A stretch of 64,000 bases of DNA from an uncultured Solirubrobacterales bacterium (GCA_963760545.1 CAVXDH010000002.1:551699-615698), one strand, 5' to 3'. Positions 48,392-58,059 are shown, numbered from the stretch's first letter. Notes: a model not told the origin generated them from the sequence alone. Translations and numbers: made by a program.

Positions 48392-49204
48392 ATGGATCGA
48401 GCTGCCTACGAACGTGCGGTCCGGCAGGCGGAAGCCGAACGTCGTCGGCAGATCGATGCGTACAACAGGCAAGTGGATGAGTTCAACCGCCGGGAACGGC
48501 AGCGCGTTGAACGAGAGATCAATGAACACAACCGCCGGGCTGAGCAGCACAACCGGGCAGAAGAACAGCGCGTGCGTGAGGAGGAGCGTCGCGTCAACGA
48601 GCACAACCGGCGCGTCCATCAGCAGAACCAGCGGGCTATCGGCGATTACAACCGCAACATCGGTCAGGTCAACGCCCACAACACAGCCGTGATCGCCGAC
48701 CTCCAGAACCGGCTCCGCGCCGCCACGTCAGGCACTCGCTACACGGTCGATGAGGAGGTGCTTGCTAACCGCATTCAACGGGCGGTCGCACCGCTTGACG
48801 AGCGAGAGTGGGACGTGTTCCTCAGCTACGCGCGGATCGACGGTGGCGAAGCAGGGGACATCCTGCGACAGCAGCTCGAAAGTCTCGGAGTGAGGGTCTG
48901 GTTTGATGAGATCGCGATCCAGCCAGGTAAAAGCCAAGCTCGCCAGATGGACCAGGGGCTACAGAAGGCGCGCGCGGGGGTCGTGCTCCTCACGCCCGCC
49001 TATGTGGCCGGACGCTTCTGGACCGAGCGCGAGCTTGGTGCTCTCCTCCACAAGGAGACGCTGATCCCAGTGCTCGACGGCGTGACCTTCGAGCAGGTGG
49101 CAGAGTACAGCGGCATCCTCCCCGATCTTGCAGGTTTCGAGACGGCACGGGACCCGCTCGAAGCCATCGCGCAGAAGATCGCAGCTGCTGTCCTAACCGG
49201 CTGA
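48392..49204 (+). CDS. TIR-domain protein with N-terminal Asn-ladder coiled coil
   Basis: The C-terminal EWDVFLSYARIDGGEAG...VWFDEIAIQPGKS...VVLLTPAYVAGRFWTERELGALL is a TIR fold including the W-x-x-E motif. The N-terminal 105 aa is charged and helical, with recurrent (E/Q)HNRR. Confidence 0.85.
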   Translation: MDRAAYERAVRQAEAERRRQIDAYNRQVDEFNRRERQRVEREINEHNRRAEQHNRAEEQRVREEERRVNEHNRRVHQQNQRAIGDYNRNIGQVNAHNTAVIADLQNRLRAATSGTRYTVDEEVLANRIQRAVAPLDEREWDVFLSYARIDGGEAGDILRQQLESLGVRVWFDEIAIQPGKSQARQMDQGLQKARAGVVLLTPAYVAGRFWTERELGALLHKETLIPVLDGVTFEQVAEYSGILPDLAGFETARDPLEAIAQKIAAAVLTG

Positions 49205-49314
49205 CCACGCCCACGTTGGCACACGCCATCTCCAAGAGCAAAGTCGAGCCTGTTGCTGTGGTTGTGCGCCGCCGTGGCTCCTGCGTAATCCGGGCGTCGG
49301 CCAGCAGAGAGATC

Positions 49315-50163
49315 CTACTCGCCGCTCTTATCAGGGGCGCGCAGATACTTCTCGGGCATCGCCACGACTCTCACGTCACGCTGCGCCGCCCGGAGCCTCA
49401 TTCCAGCGTCGCCAGTCACGAGCGACACCTTGTTGGGCTTCCCCATTAGCTGTTCAAGTTCGGTGCAGACGGATATGATTGAGCGGTCCGCATCCGGGTC
49501 GCGCGGGTCATCCGAGAACGCCAGCTGGACCTCGATCGTCACGTCCTCCCGCACTCTGCCCGGCGAGCCACCAGGCCCGACATCTCGCTCGAGATTTGTG
49601 AGCGCGGCGCGTGCTCTGCCGCGCACCTTGTCCTTGCCCGTGTACTTGAGCTCGTCGAGCTCGTCAACGACGGTGATCGGCAGGAACAGGCGCACAGGCT
49701 CGACACCGACGATCTCCCTCCAGTTCACCTGCTCGGGTGGCAGGAAGTGCAGTAGAAGATGGGTGTCCAAGACTGCGATATGTCCGGCTGCTTCCGTCGC
49801 TCGCTCGATGCGGCGCTTCAAGTCCTCTGCAACACGCTCCAGGGTGGCTTTCTGGAGTCTGATCTCGCTTTCGATCGGATGCGCGGGCCATGGAGTCTGC
49901 GGGTGCGCTTCTCGGATCGCCCAATAGCCCCGAGTGTGCAGGAGCGAGTCGATTCGCAGCTCGTCGGTGAAGTTCCCGAGCTGGCTTTCGGCCTTGTCGA
50001 CCCAGGTCATGTAGTCCTGCTGTCTCCGACGAAACGTCTCCCAGACATCGGTGGAGACGGCGGACTTGCCGGGCAGGTTACGCAGCTCGATTAGGAGCTC
50101 GTCCAGGATCTCCAGGGCTCGCTCGGGCGTCGCACCGGGCTTGAGCGGGAGGCGGCTAGCCAT
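49315..50163 (-). CDS. PIN-like nuclease domain protein with N-terminal helical domain
   Basis: Acidic quartet candidates are VLDTHLLL, TVVDELDELK, DADRSIISV and LVTGDAGMRLRA. Start at the internal ATG at 50163. Confidence 0.65.
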   Translation of the reverse strand: MASRLPLKPGATPERALEILDELLIELRNLPGKSAVSTDVWETFRRRQQDYMTWVDKAESQLGNFTDELRIDSLLHTRGYWAIREAHPQTPWPAHPIESEIRLQKATLERVAEDLKRRIERATEAAGHIAVLDTHLLLHFLPPEQVNWREIVGVEPVRLFLPITVVDELDELKYTGKDKVRGRARAALTNLERDVGPGGSPGRVREDVTIEVQLAFSDDPRDPDADRSIISVCTELEQLMGKPNKVSLVTGDAGMRLRAAQRDVRVVAMPEKYLRAPDKSGE

Positions 50164-50217
50164 GCCGCACAGCGTACTGGCGCGCAAAGTAGCCGAAGCG
50201 TGAGGGACAATTGATGG

Positions 50218-50793
50218 ATGCCCTTCGCGCTTCCCGGCTACAACCTCGCGTGCGGTCAAGTTGTCTGGTGGGTGACGAAGAATCTCGCAAGGGAAAGCGA
50301 CCCGGTGCTCAGCCAGATCAAGGTAGTGCCGATGAAGGGCACCGTGTCGAGCGTCGTGGAGACGCGGGACGACATCGCGCTTGACCTTCCAGCGGAGCCC
50401 GTCGGATTCGAGCTTGGCGTCAAAGCGGAGGATGTGCGCGATGGGAACTTCGAGGCTCTACAGGTGAAACTCGTCGAGGCCGCTGACGGGTACGCCGAGC
50501 AGCTAGCGAAAATGCTCTACGGGAACCTCGGCAAGATCACCACCGCCACCGGGAACACCCTTGACGCGGGAGGGCGCCCGCTCACCTTCGCGATGCTGTA
50601 CGAGATGCTCGACAAGATGGAATGGAGACTTGATGAGAACGACGAGCTGTCAACACCATCTCTGGTCATGCACCCAGACACGGCGTCGAAGCTCCCCCAG
50701 CCGACGCCCGAGCAAGTGAAGATGATCGAGGAGTTGAAAGCCCGCAAGCTGGAGGAGTTGCTTGCTAAGCGACGCCGTCGCCGCCTATCTTGA
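50218..50793 (+). CDS. hypothetical protein (first gene of two-gene operon)
   Basis: ORF with no recognisable motif and an acidic core ending in a KRRRRR tail. An alternative start at ATG 50332 would give 153 aa. Its 3' end overlaps the next ORF. Confidence 0.4.
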   Translation: MPFALPGYNLACGQVVWWVTKNLARESDPVLSQIKVVPMKGTVSSVVETRDDIALDLPAEPVGFELGVKAEDVRDGNFEALQVKLVEAADGYAEQLAKMLYGNLGKITTATGNTLDAGGRPLTFAMLYEMLDKMEWRLDENDELSTPSLVMHPDTASKLPQPTPEQVKMIEELKARKLEELLAKRRRRRLS

Positions 50794-52300
50794 GTCCGTC
50801 TCCGAGCGGGCGTTTGACGAGCCTTTGATGGCTCTGTTGCGGGCGCGCGGGTTTGCGTCCGTGCGGCTGGTCCACGGCGCGCGCGAGTTCGGGAAGGACG
50901 TGATCGCCCGACGCGATGGCGAGCAGTGGGGCTTCCAGTCGAAGGCGGGTGACATAGGGCAACCTGAGTGGAGAACGCTCACCGGCCAGCTTGACGAGCT
51001 GCGCGTTGTCAACCTCGGACATGGAGCGTTCAACACAGAGCTGCCGCGCCGCCCAGTGTTGGTCACGACCGGCCGGCTCGTGGGCAACGCGCCGGAGCTT
51101 TACGGCGATTACAACAAGCGGGCCAACGAGAGAGGCGAGCCCGAGCTGGAGCTGTGGGATCGCGACATCCTGCTCGGCCACCTCGCGAGTGATCCCGAGT
51201 CGGTGCTGAGCGGGTCGATCGACGGCCAGCTCATGTCGATCTTGGGCGCTGCCGAGGCGCGTTCGGTGACGATGCCAGAGCTGGAGGTGTTCTCGCGTCG
51301 GTGGATGGCGTGGGAGCCGGAGCGACTGGCCGGGCTCGGGGTGATAGAGGCAGCGTTGGTCTGCGAGAAGCTACGGGGCGTTGATCGACTCGACCTTGCT
51401 TGTCATCTTGCGTTGTGCCTCGTGCGCGCGGTGTGGGCCTCGGGAGCGACAAACCTGCCCGATGACATGTCGGCCACCGCGGCAAGATCACTGTTCGAGG
51501 CGTATGCCCGCGCGCTGTGGGAGAAGTGTGGCGACGAGCTGCTGGAGCACCCGCTGCTCAATGACATCGAGTTCGGGGGATGGGTGACGTACCCCGTGCG
51601 CTGCGTGAGGCTGGCCGAGATCCTTGGTTTGCTGGCGCTGCTGGTGAAGGAGTCCGACCCGGAGCTGTGGGGGGAGATCTCGCGGTGGCTGGTGACGCTC
51701 TGCGAGAAGCAGCCCGGCGTAGCCCATCCGATCAGCGACCAGTATGCCGTGAGCGTCATCCCCGCCGTCCTCGCGCTCGCGAGCGTCGATCGAGTAGCGG
51801 CGGAGACGCATCTCAAGAGATGCACCATCTGGCTGTGCGATCGTTACGAACGCGACGCGCTCGGCCTCGCGCGCGAAGACGCGACTTCCGATGAAGAGGT
51901 CGAATATCTGATCGGCGGCCCGTTCGAAAGCGTGCAGCTCGAACGGCGCCCAGACTCACTCATAGCTCCCGTGCTCCTCGACCTCGCCGCTGCGCTCGGA
52001 TCGACAGACTTGTACGGCGACATTTACAACGACGTGTTGGCCGTGCGTATCTGCCCGCAAGTGCTCCGCCTCGCTGACGGGCCAGACCAGTATTCCCGCA
52101 CCGGCAATGGAAATCGCATCGATCCAAACGTCGATTTCGCAGAATCACTGGCTGACGAAGGGATCGTCGCGCCGCACTACAACGACAAGGCAGGGGACAG
52201 CCAAGTCGCGAGCGGGCACGCATGGGACCTGCTCGCCATCGGATCGGCGCTGCGCGATCGGTACTACGTCCGCGCGCTGGCGTCGCTCGCGGACGAGTAG
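50762..52300 (+). CDS. Mrr-type (PD-(D/E)xK) restriction-endonuclease-like N-domain fused to ~370-aa helical domain of unknown function
   Basis: The N-terminus (ERAFDEPLMALLRARGFASVRLVHGAREFGKDVIARRDGEQWGFQSKAG...VLVTTGRLVGNA) matches the Mrr_cat pattern D-x(n)-(D/E)-x-K, here GKDVIA...QSK. The rest is unassigned. Confidence 0.55.
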   Translation: MLSDAVAAYLESVSERAFDEPLMALLRARGFASVRLVHGAREFGKDVIARRDGEQWGFQSKAGDIGQPEWRTLTGQLDELRVVNLGHGAFNTELPRRPVLVTTGRLVGNAPELYGDYNKRANERGEPELELWDRDILLGHLASDPESVLSGSIDGQLMSILGAAEARSVTMPELEVFSRRWMAWEPERLAGLGVIEAALVCEKLRGVDRLDLACHLALCLVRAVWASGATNLPDDMSATAARSLFEAYARALWEKCGDELLEHPLLNDIEFGGWVTYPVRCVRLAEILGLLALLVKESDPELWGEISRWLVTLCEKQPGVAHPISDQYAVSVIPAVLALASVDRVAAETHLKRCTIWLCDRYERDALGLAREDATSDEEVEYLIGGPFESVQLERRPDSLIAPVLLDLAAALGSTDLYGDIYNDVLAVRICPQVLRLADGPDQYSRTGNGNRIDPNVDFAESLADEGIVAPHYNDKAGDSQVASGHAWDLLAIGSALRDRYYVRALASLADE

Positions 52301-52625
52301 ACCGCGCTCGTGGTCTCCGACTGGCCCACCGGATACGTGCGCGAACTTACGAGCGAGACCAATAGTGAATGCGGCGTGATACCGGGTAGCGGAGTGCGCG
52401 GACTGCCGCGCCAGATGGCTTACTTGTCGTCCAGTGGGCAAACGGAGCGTCGCGATGATTAGACGTTTGCCTCCCACCCGTAAGCGCCAGCATCCCGTCG
52501 TCCAAGGACAGCGCGCTCGCTCACACCTTGGCTCGCTCCGAGACCCGCTTGGGGTAGTTTCTATGCGTGGCGTGCATGCTCGGTAAGAGGTTGGTCCTCG
52601 CGGCCCAGAGCGCGGGGCGTTGTAG

Positions 52626-53759
52626 GTGAGTGACCAGCTGCTTTGCTGGGATCGCGCCTGGCTGCGGTTTGCCTGCATGAGCGGCCTGGTCGTGTTGATT
52701 GCAGCGCTTGGCCTCATTCTCGCTGCCTGCGGTTCCTCCGCAGGGACGGCGACAGCGAGCGTAGTACGCCTGTCCCCGTCCTGCATACCGCCCGAATTCA
52801 GCAAGCGGGGGTTGCTTGGACCCCGGCGGCCGCTCCCCAAGGCGCTCTCGACTCCGCTGGACGCCGCGATCTTGTCCAGCTTCACCATCTTTCGCAGACC
52901 CCGGCTACCGAGCGATGAGCCTCCGGGGCTGAACCTGGCGGCCAACGGACTGGGCCGCGAGCTCTACAAGACCTACAAGCTCTCGAGCTACTACCCCGCC
53001 TACGTCCGCCAGCTAACGAGGCTCCCCGACGGTAGACGCTATTTCGTGATCCCGGCGTACGGACGGCCCGAAGCAGTCGTCCCGGCCCACTGTCTGGCGG
53101 GCGGGGAGCGTGCTCGGCGCGCACTGGTCGAAGAGCAGCACCGGCGCCTGGTTGAGCCGGTCGACTGCATCATCGAGATGGGAGGCGGTGAAAACGAACC
53201 TCCCCAAGGATGCGAGCCGTTCGCTGCAATCGACGAAGGTGAGCGGATATTCCAGTCGGACGACTTGTACAAGGAACCGACCGTCGAACTGGTGCCCGAT
53301 GGTGTCGCTTCGGTTCGGATCGAATACAGGGAAACGTCCGCGATCACCGTGCCGGTCAGCGAAAACACTTTCCTGTTTACACCACCACCGCCGACGCCTC
53401 GTGTCGAGGCTGAACTGAAACGGCTGGAACGGCTGCAACGGATGGAGCCCGTGATCGTGACGACGCACCCCACCACGGCCCAGCGTCCTACGGCCCAACG
53501 TCGCCGTATCACGTTGCAGTGGGACAAGACTGTGGATGAAACCGAGCCGACGCGGATCGAATGGCTCGACAGCGCCGGTCGCCTAGTCCGCGCCCTCAGC
53601 CCTCCTACCGCCGAAAGCAGCTCTGCTACCTCCGTTGGCAACCTCGATGCTCCCCTCGAAGGCAGCTTCACCCTCCAGTCATCTAGGTCATCGCCAAGTG
53701 ACCGTCGGAGTGCTTCGGAGCACCGCAGCATGACTAGTCCTGTTCACGGGCATCGCTAG
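52626..53759 (+). CDS. putative secreted lipoprotein of unknown function
   Basis: The signal peptide has a lipobox (LVVLIAALGLILAACGSS). No other motif. An alternative start lies at 52677. Confidence 0.5.
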   Translation: MSDQLLCWDRAWLRFACMSGLVVLIAALGLILAACGSSAGTATASVVRLSPSCIPPEFSKRGLLGPRRPLPKALSTPLDAAILSSFTIFRRPRLPSDEPPGLNLAANGLGRELYKTYKLSSYYPAYVRQLTRLPDGRRYFVIPAYGRPEAVVPAHCLAGGERARRALVEEQHRRLVEPVDCIIEMGGGENEPPQGCEPFAAIDEGERIFQSDDLYKEPTVELVPDGVASVRIEYRETSAITVPVSENTFLFTPPPPTPRVEAELKRLERLQRMEPVIVTTHPTTAQRPTAQRRRITLQWDKTVDETEPTRIEWLDSAGRLVRALSPPTAESSSATSVGNLDAPLEGSFTLQSSRSSPSDRRSASEHRSMTSPVHGHR

Positions 53760-53836
53760 CGCTTTTGCCGGCAGAGCGGGCGCGTCCGGGCGCCGCGACT
53801 AAACCGGCCGCCCTGGCGTCTACCATCGATTGGTCG

Positions 53837-54844
53837 ATGAGTACCAACGCTTGGAGAAAGAACCACACCGTGAGCGCCGGGCTCGTGCGGCGCTTCGCTG
53901 GTACCACGCCCGGTGGCAAGCAGGTCACGGTGCATCACCGACTGAAGGGCCAATACGACGAAGGCCCAAACGGCGTCGGCTACGAGTTCGACTACTGGGG
54001 CCCGCCAGACCTCGCCGAGAAGGTCGAGGGAATCCTCGCCCGCATTGAGTCTGATGCACTCTCCTTGTTCAGGAATCTTGAGTCTCGCTGGCCCCTGACG
54101 GACGGGGATCGCATAGCGCTTGCACGGTTCGTATCCCTGCACATCGTTCGCACGCGAGCCTTCACGACGTTTCTGGGCGAGGTCGGCAAGGATGCGGCGA
54201 TTGATGCGCTCGGCGAGACTGCAGCCAAGCACAACCTCGACGAGGCCGGGATCGCTCCCTACGCCGAGCTGCTCAAGAGTCCGCACATGCACGCTCAGCA
54301 GGTCATTCGACAGGTGAACCGCGTCGCAAGCCCCTTGCTGAGTATGCACTGGACGATCATCGAGTTCGCCGAGGACCTGCTCATAGGCTGCGATCAGCCG
54401 GTCATCCTGATCCCGTGGGCGAGACCAGACCGGCTTGGGCCGGAGTCCGCGATCCCGCCGTTCGGCATGATGGGCACGTTCGAGGGGCGCTTCACATTGG
54501 ACCCGCGTCACGCGCTTTTGATGACGTGGGTCGAGAGTGCCGATGAGCCATGGATCATCGGCGACCGCATACAGGCGAGCCACATCAACGCCTCCGTCAA
54601 GGCGCTCGCGGTCGATGAATGGTTTCGCCGCCCGGGGACCAACCCGCCGTTCATCTCAGCGCCGCTACTTGAAGAACGAGTGGACCCGATCGCCCCGACT
54701 CTCTTTCGCGGGTATACACCGCAGCGTGCCGTCGCGTCGCCCCGGCGGCGGGTTGCCGAACAGACCGTCAAGAAGATGACGCTAGAGCAGACCCCAGACG
54801 CCGAGGTGCGCTGGGTGCGGTACCAGACTCAGCGTGCGGCTTGA
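53837..54844 (+). CDS. DUF4238-like protein
   Basis: The N-terminal KNHTVSAGLVRRFAG resembles the H-x-V/I-P-x-F-x-L-R-x-F start I associate with DUF4238. Unverified. Confidence 0.45.
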   Translation: MSTNAWRKNHTVSAGLVRRFAGTTPGGKQVTVHHRLKGQYDEGPNGVGYEFDYWGPPDLAEKVEGILARIESDALSLFRNLESRWPLTDGDRIALARFVSLHIVRTRAFTTFLGEVGKDAAIDALGETAAKHNLDEAGIAPYAELLKSPHMHAQQVIRQVNRVASPLLSMHWTIIEFAEDLLIGCDQPVILIPWARPDRLGPESAIPPFGMMGTFEGRFTLDPRHALLMTWVESADEPWIIGDRIQASHINASVKALAVDEWFRRPGTNPPFISAPLLEERVDPIAPTLFRGYTPQRAVASPRRRVAEQTVKKMTLEQTPDAEVRWVRYQTQRAA

Positions 54845-55007
54845 CCCATGCCGCCGAGGTCGGCATCGCTCCCTCGCCGACACTCGCGGGCGTACCGTCG
54901 CAGCCTGTCGCCGTACCGCCTCGGTTTGAGCAGGCACGTCGTCGGCCCGAGACGAGATGCGCGATTGGGACGACACGCGGTAGTTGCGACCTGAGACAAC
55001 CTATCGG

Positions 55008-57656
55008 TCACCGTCCGCGTCCGATGTCGTGATCAGGCGCGTCGCGTGCTGGTGTTCGCAAGAGCTGGTCCACATGAGGAATCAGCCTGCTGAGGCGTAG
55101 CGGATCGCGGCTGGGATCCCACGACGAGCCTGGGGTTTCTCGGTGAGTGACGGATGGTGTGTGTGCTCGACTTCGGGTCATCCGTCCGGCGAGGCGTGTG
55201 ATCTGGTCGGGATCTTGTCCTTCGTTGCCGAGTTGGTCGCGGGCGAGGTACCAGTCGGTGCCGTGGCGGGCGCGGGTGGCTTGTACGTAGGCCGACTCTC
55301 GGCTTGTTTGCCAGCCGCCGGTGAGCACCACGGCACGATCGACTGTCGCGCCCTGTTGCCGGTAGACGTGTTGGGCGTAGGCGAGCCGCAGCGACTCCGC
55401 GTCTTGACGTGCAATTTGCAGCCGGCGGTCTGATCCGTCGAGCGCGAGCGTCAGCCTTCCCTCCTGGTCGATGTTCGTGACTTGGCCGCGAGTACCGTTC
55501 TCGACGCGTGGTTGGCCTTGCGGGCGGTGTTGGGCGATGAACGCGACGCGGTCGCCTTGCCGTAGCCCGTAATGGACGCTTGAGAGCGGAAGTTCGTCTG
55601 GGCCGAGTTCGCCGCGCTGGGCGCGGAGGTGTTGTGCGCGGGCGTTGAGCCTGTCGATCTCCTTGTTCGTGGAATCTGCGATCAGCGCGACTTTGTCGAT
55701 CCCGGCTTCTCTGGTGAGTTCTGCCCAGGCTTGGACGGCGCTCTCGGCGGCATGGTCGCGGGTGTCGGCGAGGTGGAGCCGTCCTTGAGCCTTGTAGTGG
55801 GCCATCGCGCGCTCGGGTTCGCCCGCTCGTAGCGCTTGCCACGCTCGTTGCTCTTGTGGGTCGGTTGTGCGGTGGATCCTCTCCAGTTCCACTGTCGGCG
55901 CGTGGCCTGTGAGCCGGTCGAACATGCCACCCGGACCTATCGAGGGGAGCTGCTGGCCGTCGCCAACCGCGATCAGCTTCGCTCTTGAACCCTCCACCAG
56001 CTCGGTGAGCGCGTCGAGGCGCTTGTGGTCGACCATCCCGGCCTCATCGAGAATGATCGTCGTGTCGGGACCAACATGGACGCTTCCGGTATTTGCTCGG
56101 GCGGTGAGCGCGTCGAGCGTCATCGTGTTTCCTTGAAGCGCAGGGCTGTCGGCTCCAAGCCGCTCAGCCGTCGAGCCGGAGACAGCGATCCCGATCGTTT
56201 CACGACCTGCCAGTTGCTCCGCTCGTGCGGCGGCGTCGATCACGACGCCCTTCCCCGTTCCTGCCGGGCCGACGAGCACGGTTGCACGCTCGGGACCAGT
56301 CAGGACGAGCAACGCCATGTCTTGCTCATCAGTGAGCGGAGCGCCGATACGCTCGGCGACCTCCCGTGCCGCGTTCATCTGTGCGGTGTGGCTGACATCG
56401 CGTCCGGCGGGTCGGGCAAGTACGGCGGCCCGTCGTTCGATTGCCTGCTCCTGTGCGCGGACAGCGAGCGTTGTCATCCGGCCACCCTCAAGTGTCAACA
56501 CGCGCCGATCCCGGATCATCTCCCGCGCTACGTCGAGCGCTTCATGCGGCGCCAGTTCTCCGGCGGTCTGCTCCAGGGCGACGGTGTGCAGGTCGCGCAG
56601 CTCGAAGACGGCGTGACGCTCGGTGAGACGTTCCTCGATCCGATCCTCCACCGACCGAATGGCAGGCCGGCTGCGCTCGCCGGCGAGCAGTCGCAACGCC
56701 TCATCGGGACCGAACCCATAGCGGCTCGCGGTGTCCCTCCACACGTTCTCAAGGTCAGCTCGGTTGGTGAGCTTCTTCGCGCGACGGTTCTCGAGCGCGA
56801 GGTCGCGCAGCTCGCCACGCTCAGGCGCTCGACCGTAGCGCGCACGGAAGCGGTCGGCGGCTCGCGCGACCTCCCTGGAGCGTCCCGAGAAGGCATCACG
56901 CAGCTCCTCGGGGACACCCGCGATCTCGAAATACTTGCCGTCCCTGCCGGTCGCCTGTTCGATTGCGTACCCCTGTGCGGCGAGTTCCTGTGCAAGCGCA
57001 GAGCGGTAGAAGGCGCCGACCTCGCCCGCCGAACGAAATACCGGCCGGGAGGCCACCGCAACGATCCGATCGTCCTCGCGCACCGCGCTCGTGATGACGA
57101 CATGACTGTGGAGCTGCGGATCGGGCGCGTCGGCTCCTGAGACACCGCGCGCCGTTGTGTGCTGGTACTCGACTGCGATCAAGTCCTTGGCTGGCTCCTC
57201 GATGACCTCGCCGCCATAGCGGCGACGGACGACGCCAACGTTCTCGCGCATGTAGGCGACCGCCTGCTCGACCGCGTTTGCGTGGGCTTTCTCGATCTGC
57301 TCTCGCTGCCATGAATCGGCAAGTGCCCAAGTGGTCGATACCGACTTCGGCGCGCTGAAAACGCCGTCGATCCCACCGCCACGGCTGCCGTCGGCACCGG
57401 CACGCCGAAGCCACCGCGCTGTCTGTGGATGGCGACCTTCCATGAGCGCAACGAAGTCCTCGCCGCTCATTGGTGTGTCCGCCCGGATGCCGAGCCTTTC
57501 AAGCGTCTCTGAGTCGGCCAACCATCTTCCCGGAGCCTGGGTCATCTCGCCGTCGGGGGTCAGGTAGTAGTCGCCGCGCTCGGGCGCGACGGTCTTCCCC
57601 TCCAGATATCGGGCGTAGTCGCCACCACGCGCCGCCGGGATGCTCGCTGCGGTCAT
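55008..57656 (-). CDS. traA: MobF/TrwC-family relaxase fused to RecD-like helicase
   Basis: GGDYARYLEG...ERGDYYL (catalytic Tyr pair), HTTARG...DPQLHSHVVI (His triad), and the helicase P-loop LVGPAGTGKG with C-terminal UvrD-like motifs. Confidence 0.85.
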   Translation of the reverse strand: MTAASIPAARGGDYARYLEGKTVAPERGDYYLTPDGEMTQAPGRWLADSETLERLGIRADTPMSGEDFVALMEGRHPQTARWLRRAGADGSRGGGIDGVFSAPKSVSTTWALADSWQREQIEKAHANAVEQAVAYMRENVGVVRRRYGGEVIEEPAKDLIAVEYQHTTARGVSGADAPDPQLHSHVVITSAVREDDRIVAVASRPVFRSAGEVGAFYRSALAQELAAQGYAIEQATGRDGKYFEIAGVPEELRDAFSGRSREVARAADRFRARYGRAPERGELRDLALENRRAKKLTNRADLENVWRDTASRYGFGPDEALRLLAGERSRPAIRSVEDRIEERLTERHAVFELRDLHTVALEQTAGELAPHEALDVAREMIRDRRVLTLEGGRMTTLAVRAQEQAIERRAAVLARPAGRDVSHTAQMNAAREVAERIGAPLTDEQDMALLVLTGPERATVLVGPAGTGKGVVIDAAARAEQLAGRETIGIAVSGSTAERLGADSPALQGNTMTLDALTARANTGSVHVGPDTTIILDEAGMVDHKRLDALTELVEGSRAKLIAVGDGQQLPSIGPGGMFDRLTGHAPTVELERIHRTTDPQEQRAWQALRAGEPERAMAHYKAQGRLHLADTRDHAAESAVQAWAELTREAGIDKVALIADSTNKEIDRLNARAQHLRAQRGELGPDELPLSSVHYGLRQGDRVAFIAQHRPQGQPRVENGTRGQVTNIDQEGRLTLALDGSDRRLQIARQDAESLRLAYAQHVYRQQGATVDRAVVLTGGWQTSRESAYVQATRARHGTDWYLARDQLGNEGQDPDQITRLAGRMTRSRAHTPSVTHRETPGSSWDPSRDPLRLSRLIPHVDQLLRTPARDAPDHDIGRGR

Positions 57657-58059
57657 CACATGAAGTGATGACCGTGAGAAGGCCGAAACGGCCACCGACT
57701 TGCTCACACAGTCGTCACACAGCGCACGCACTCTTGTGCATGTTGTCTGTCGTGGCTGTTTGTCGTGGCTGTTTGGAGCGTCGCGGGCGATGCGGCGCGG
57801 AGGCGACCTTGCAGGCGATGGGTGGTCGTGTGCTCGGCGGAACTCGGGTCAGGTCGGTGGGTAGAGGATGCGCCGTCGGCGCTTGTTAGAAGCGTCTGGA
57901 CAACTGGCCTTTGGCGTTTTGTCAAGTTTGGTGTTGGCAGGGGTGTTCGTCCGTGCTGTTGGCGCGGTTGTTGGGTGCTGCTGGCTGTGCTCGTTGCTGG
58001 TTGCTGGGAGCGGTGAGATGGCACGCCGTGGCCTGATTAGGTGCGCGTGCGGCCTTGGT

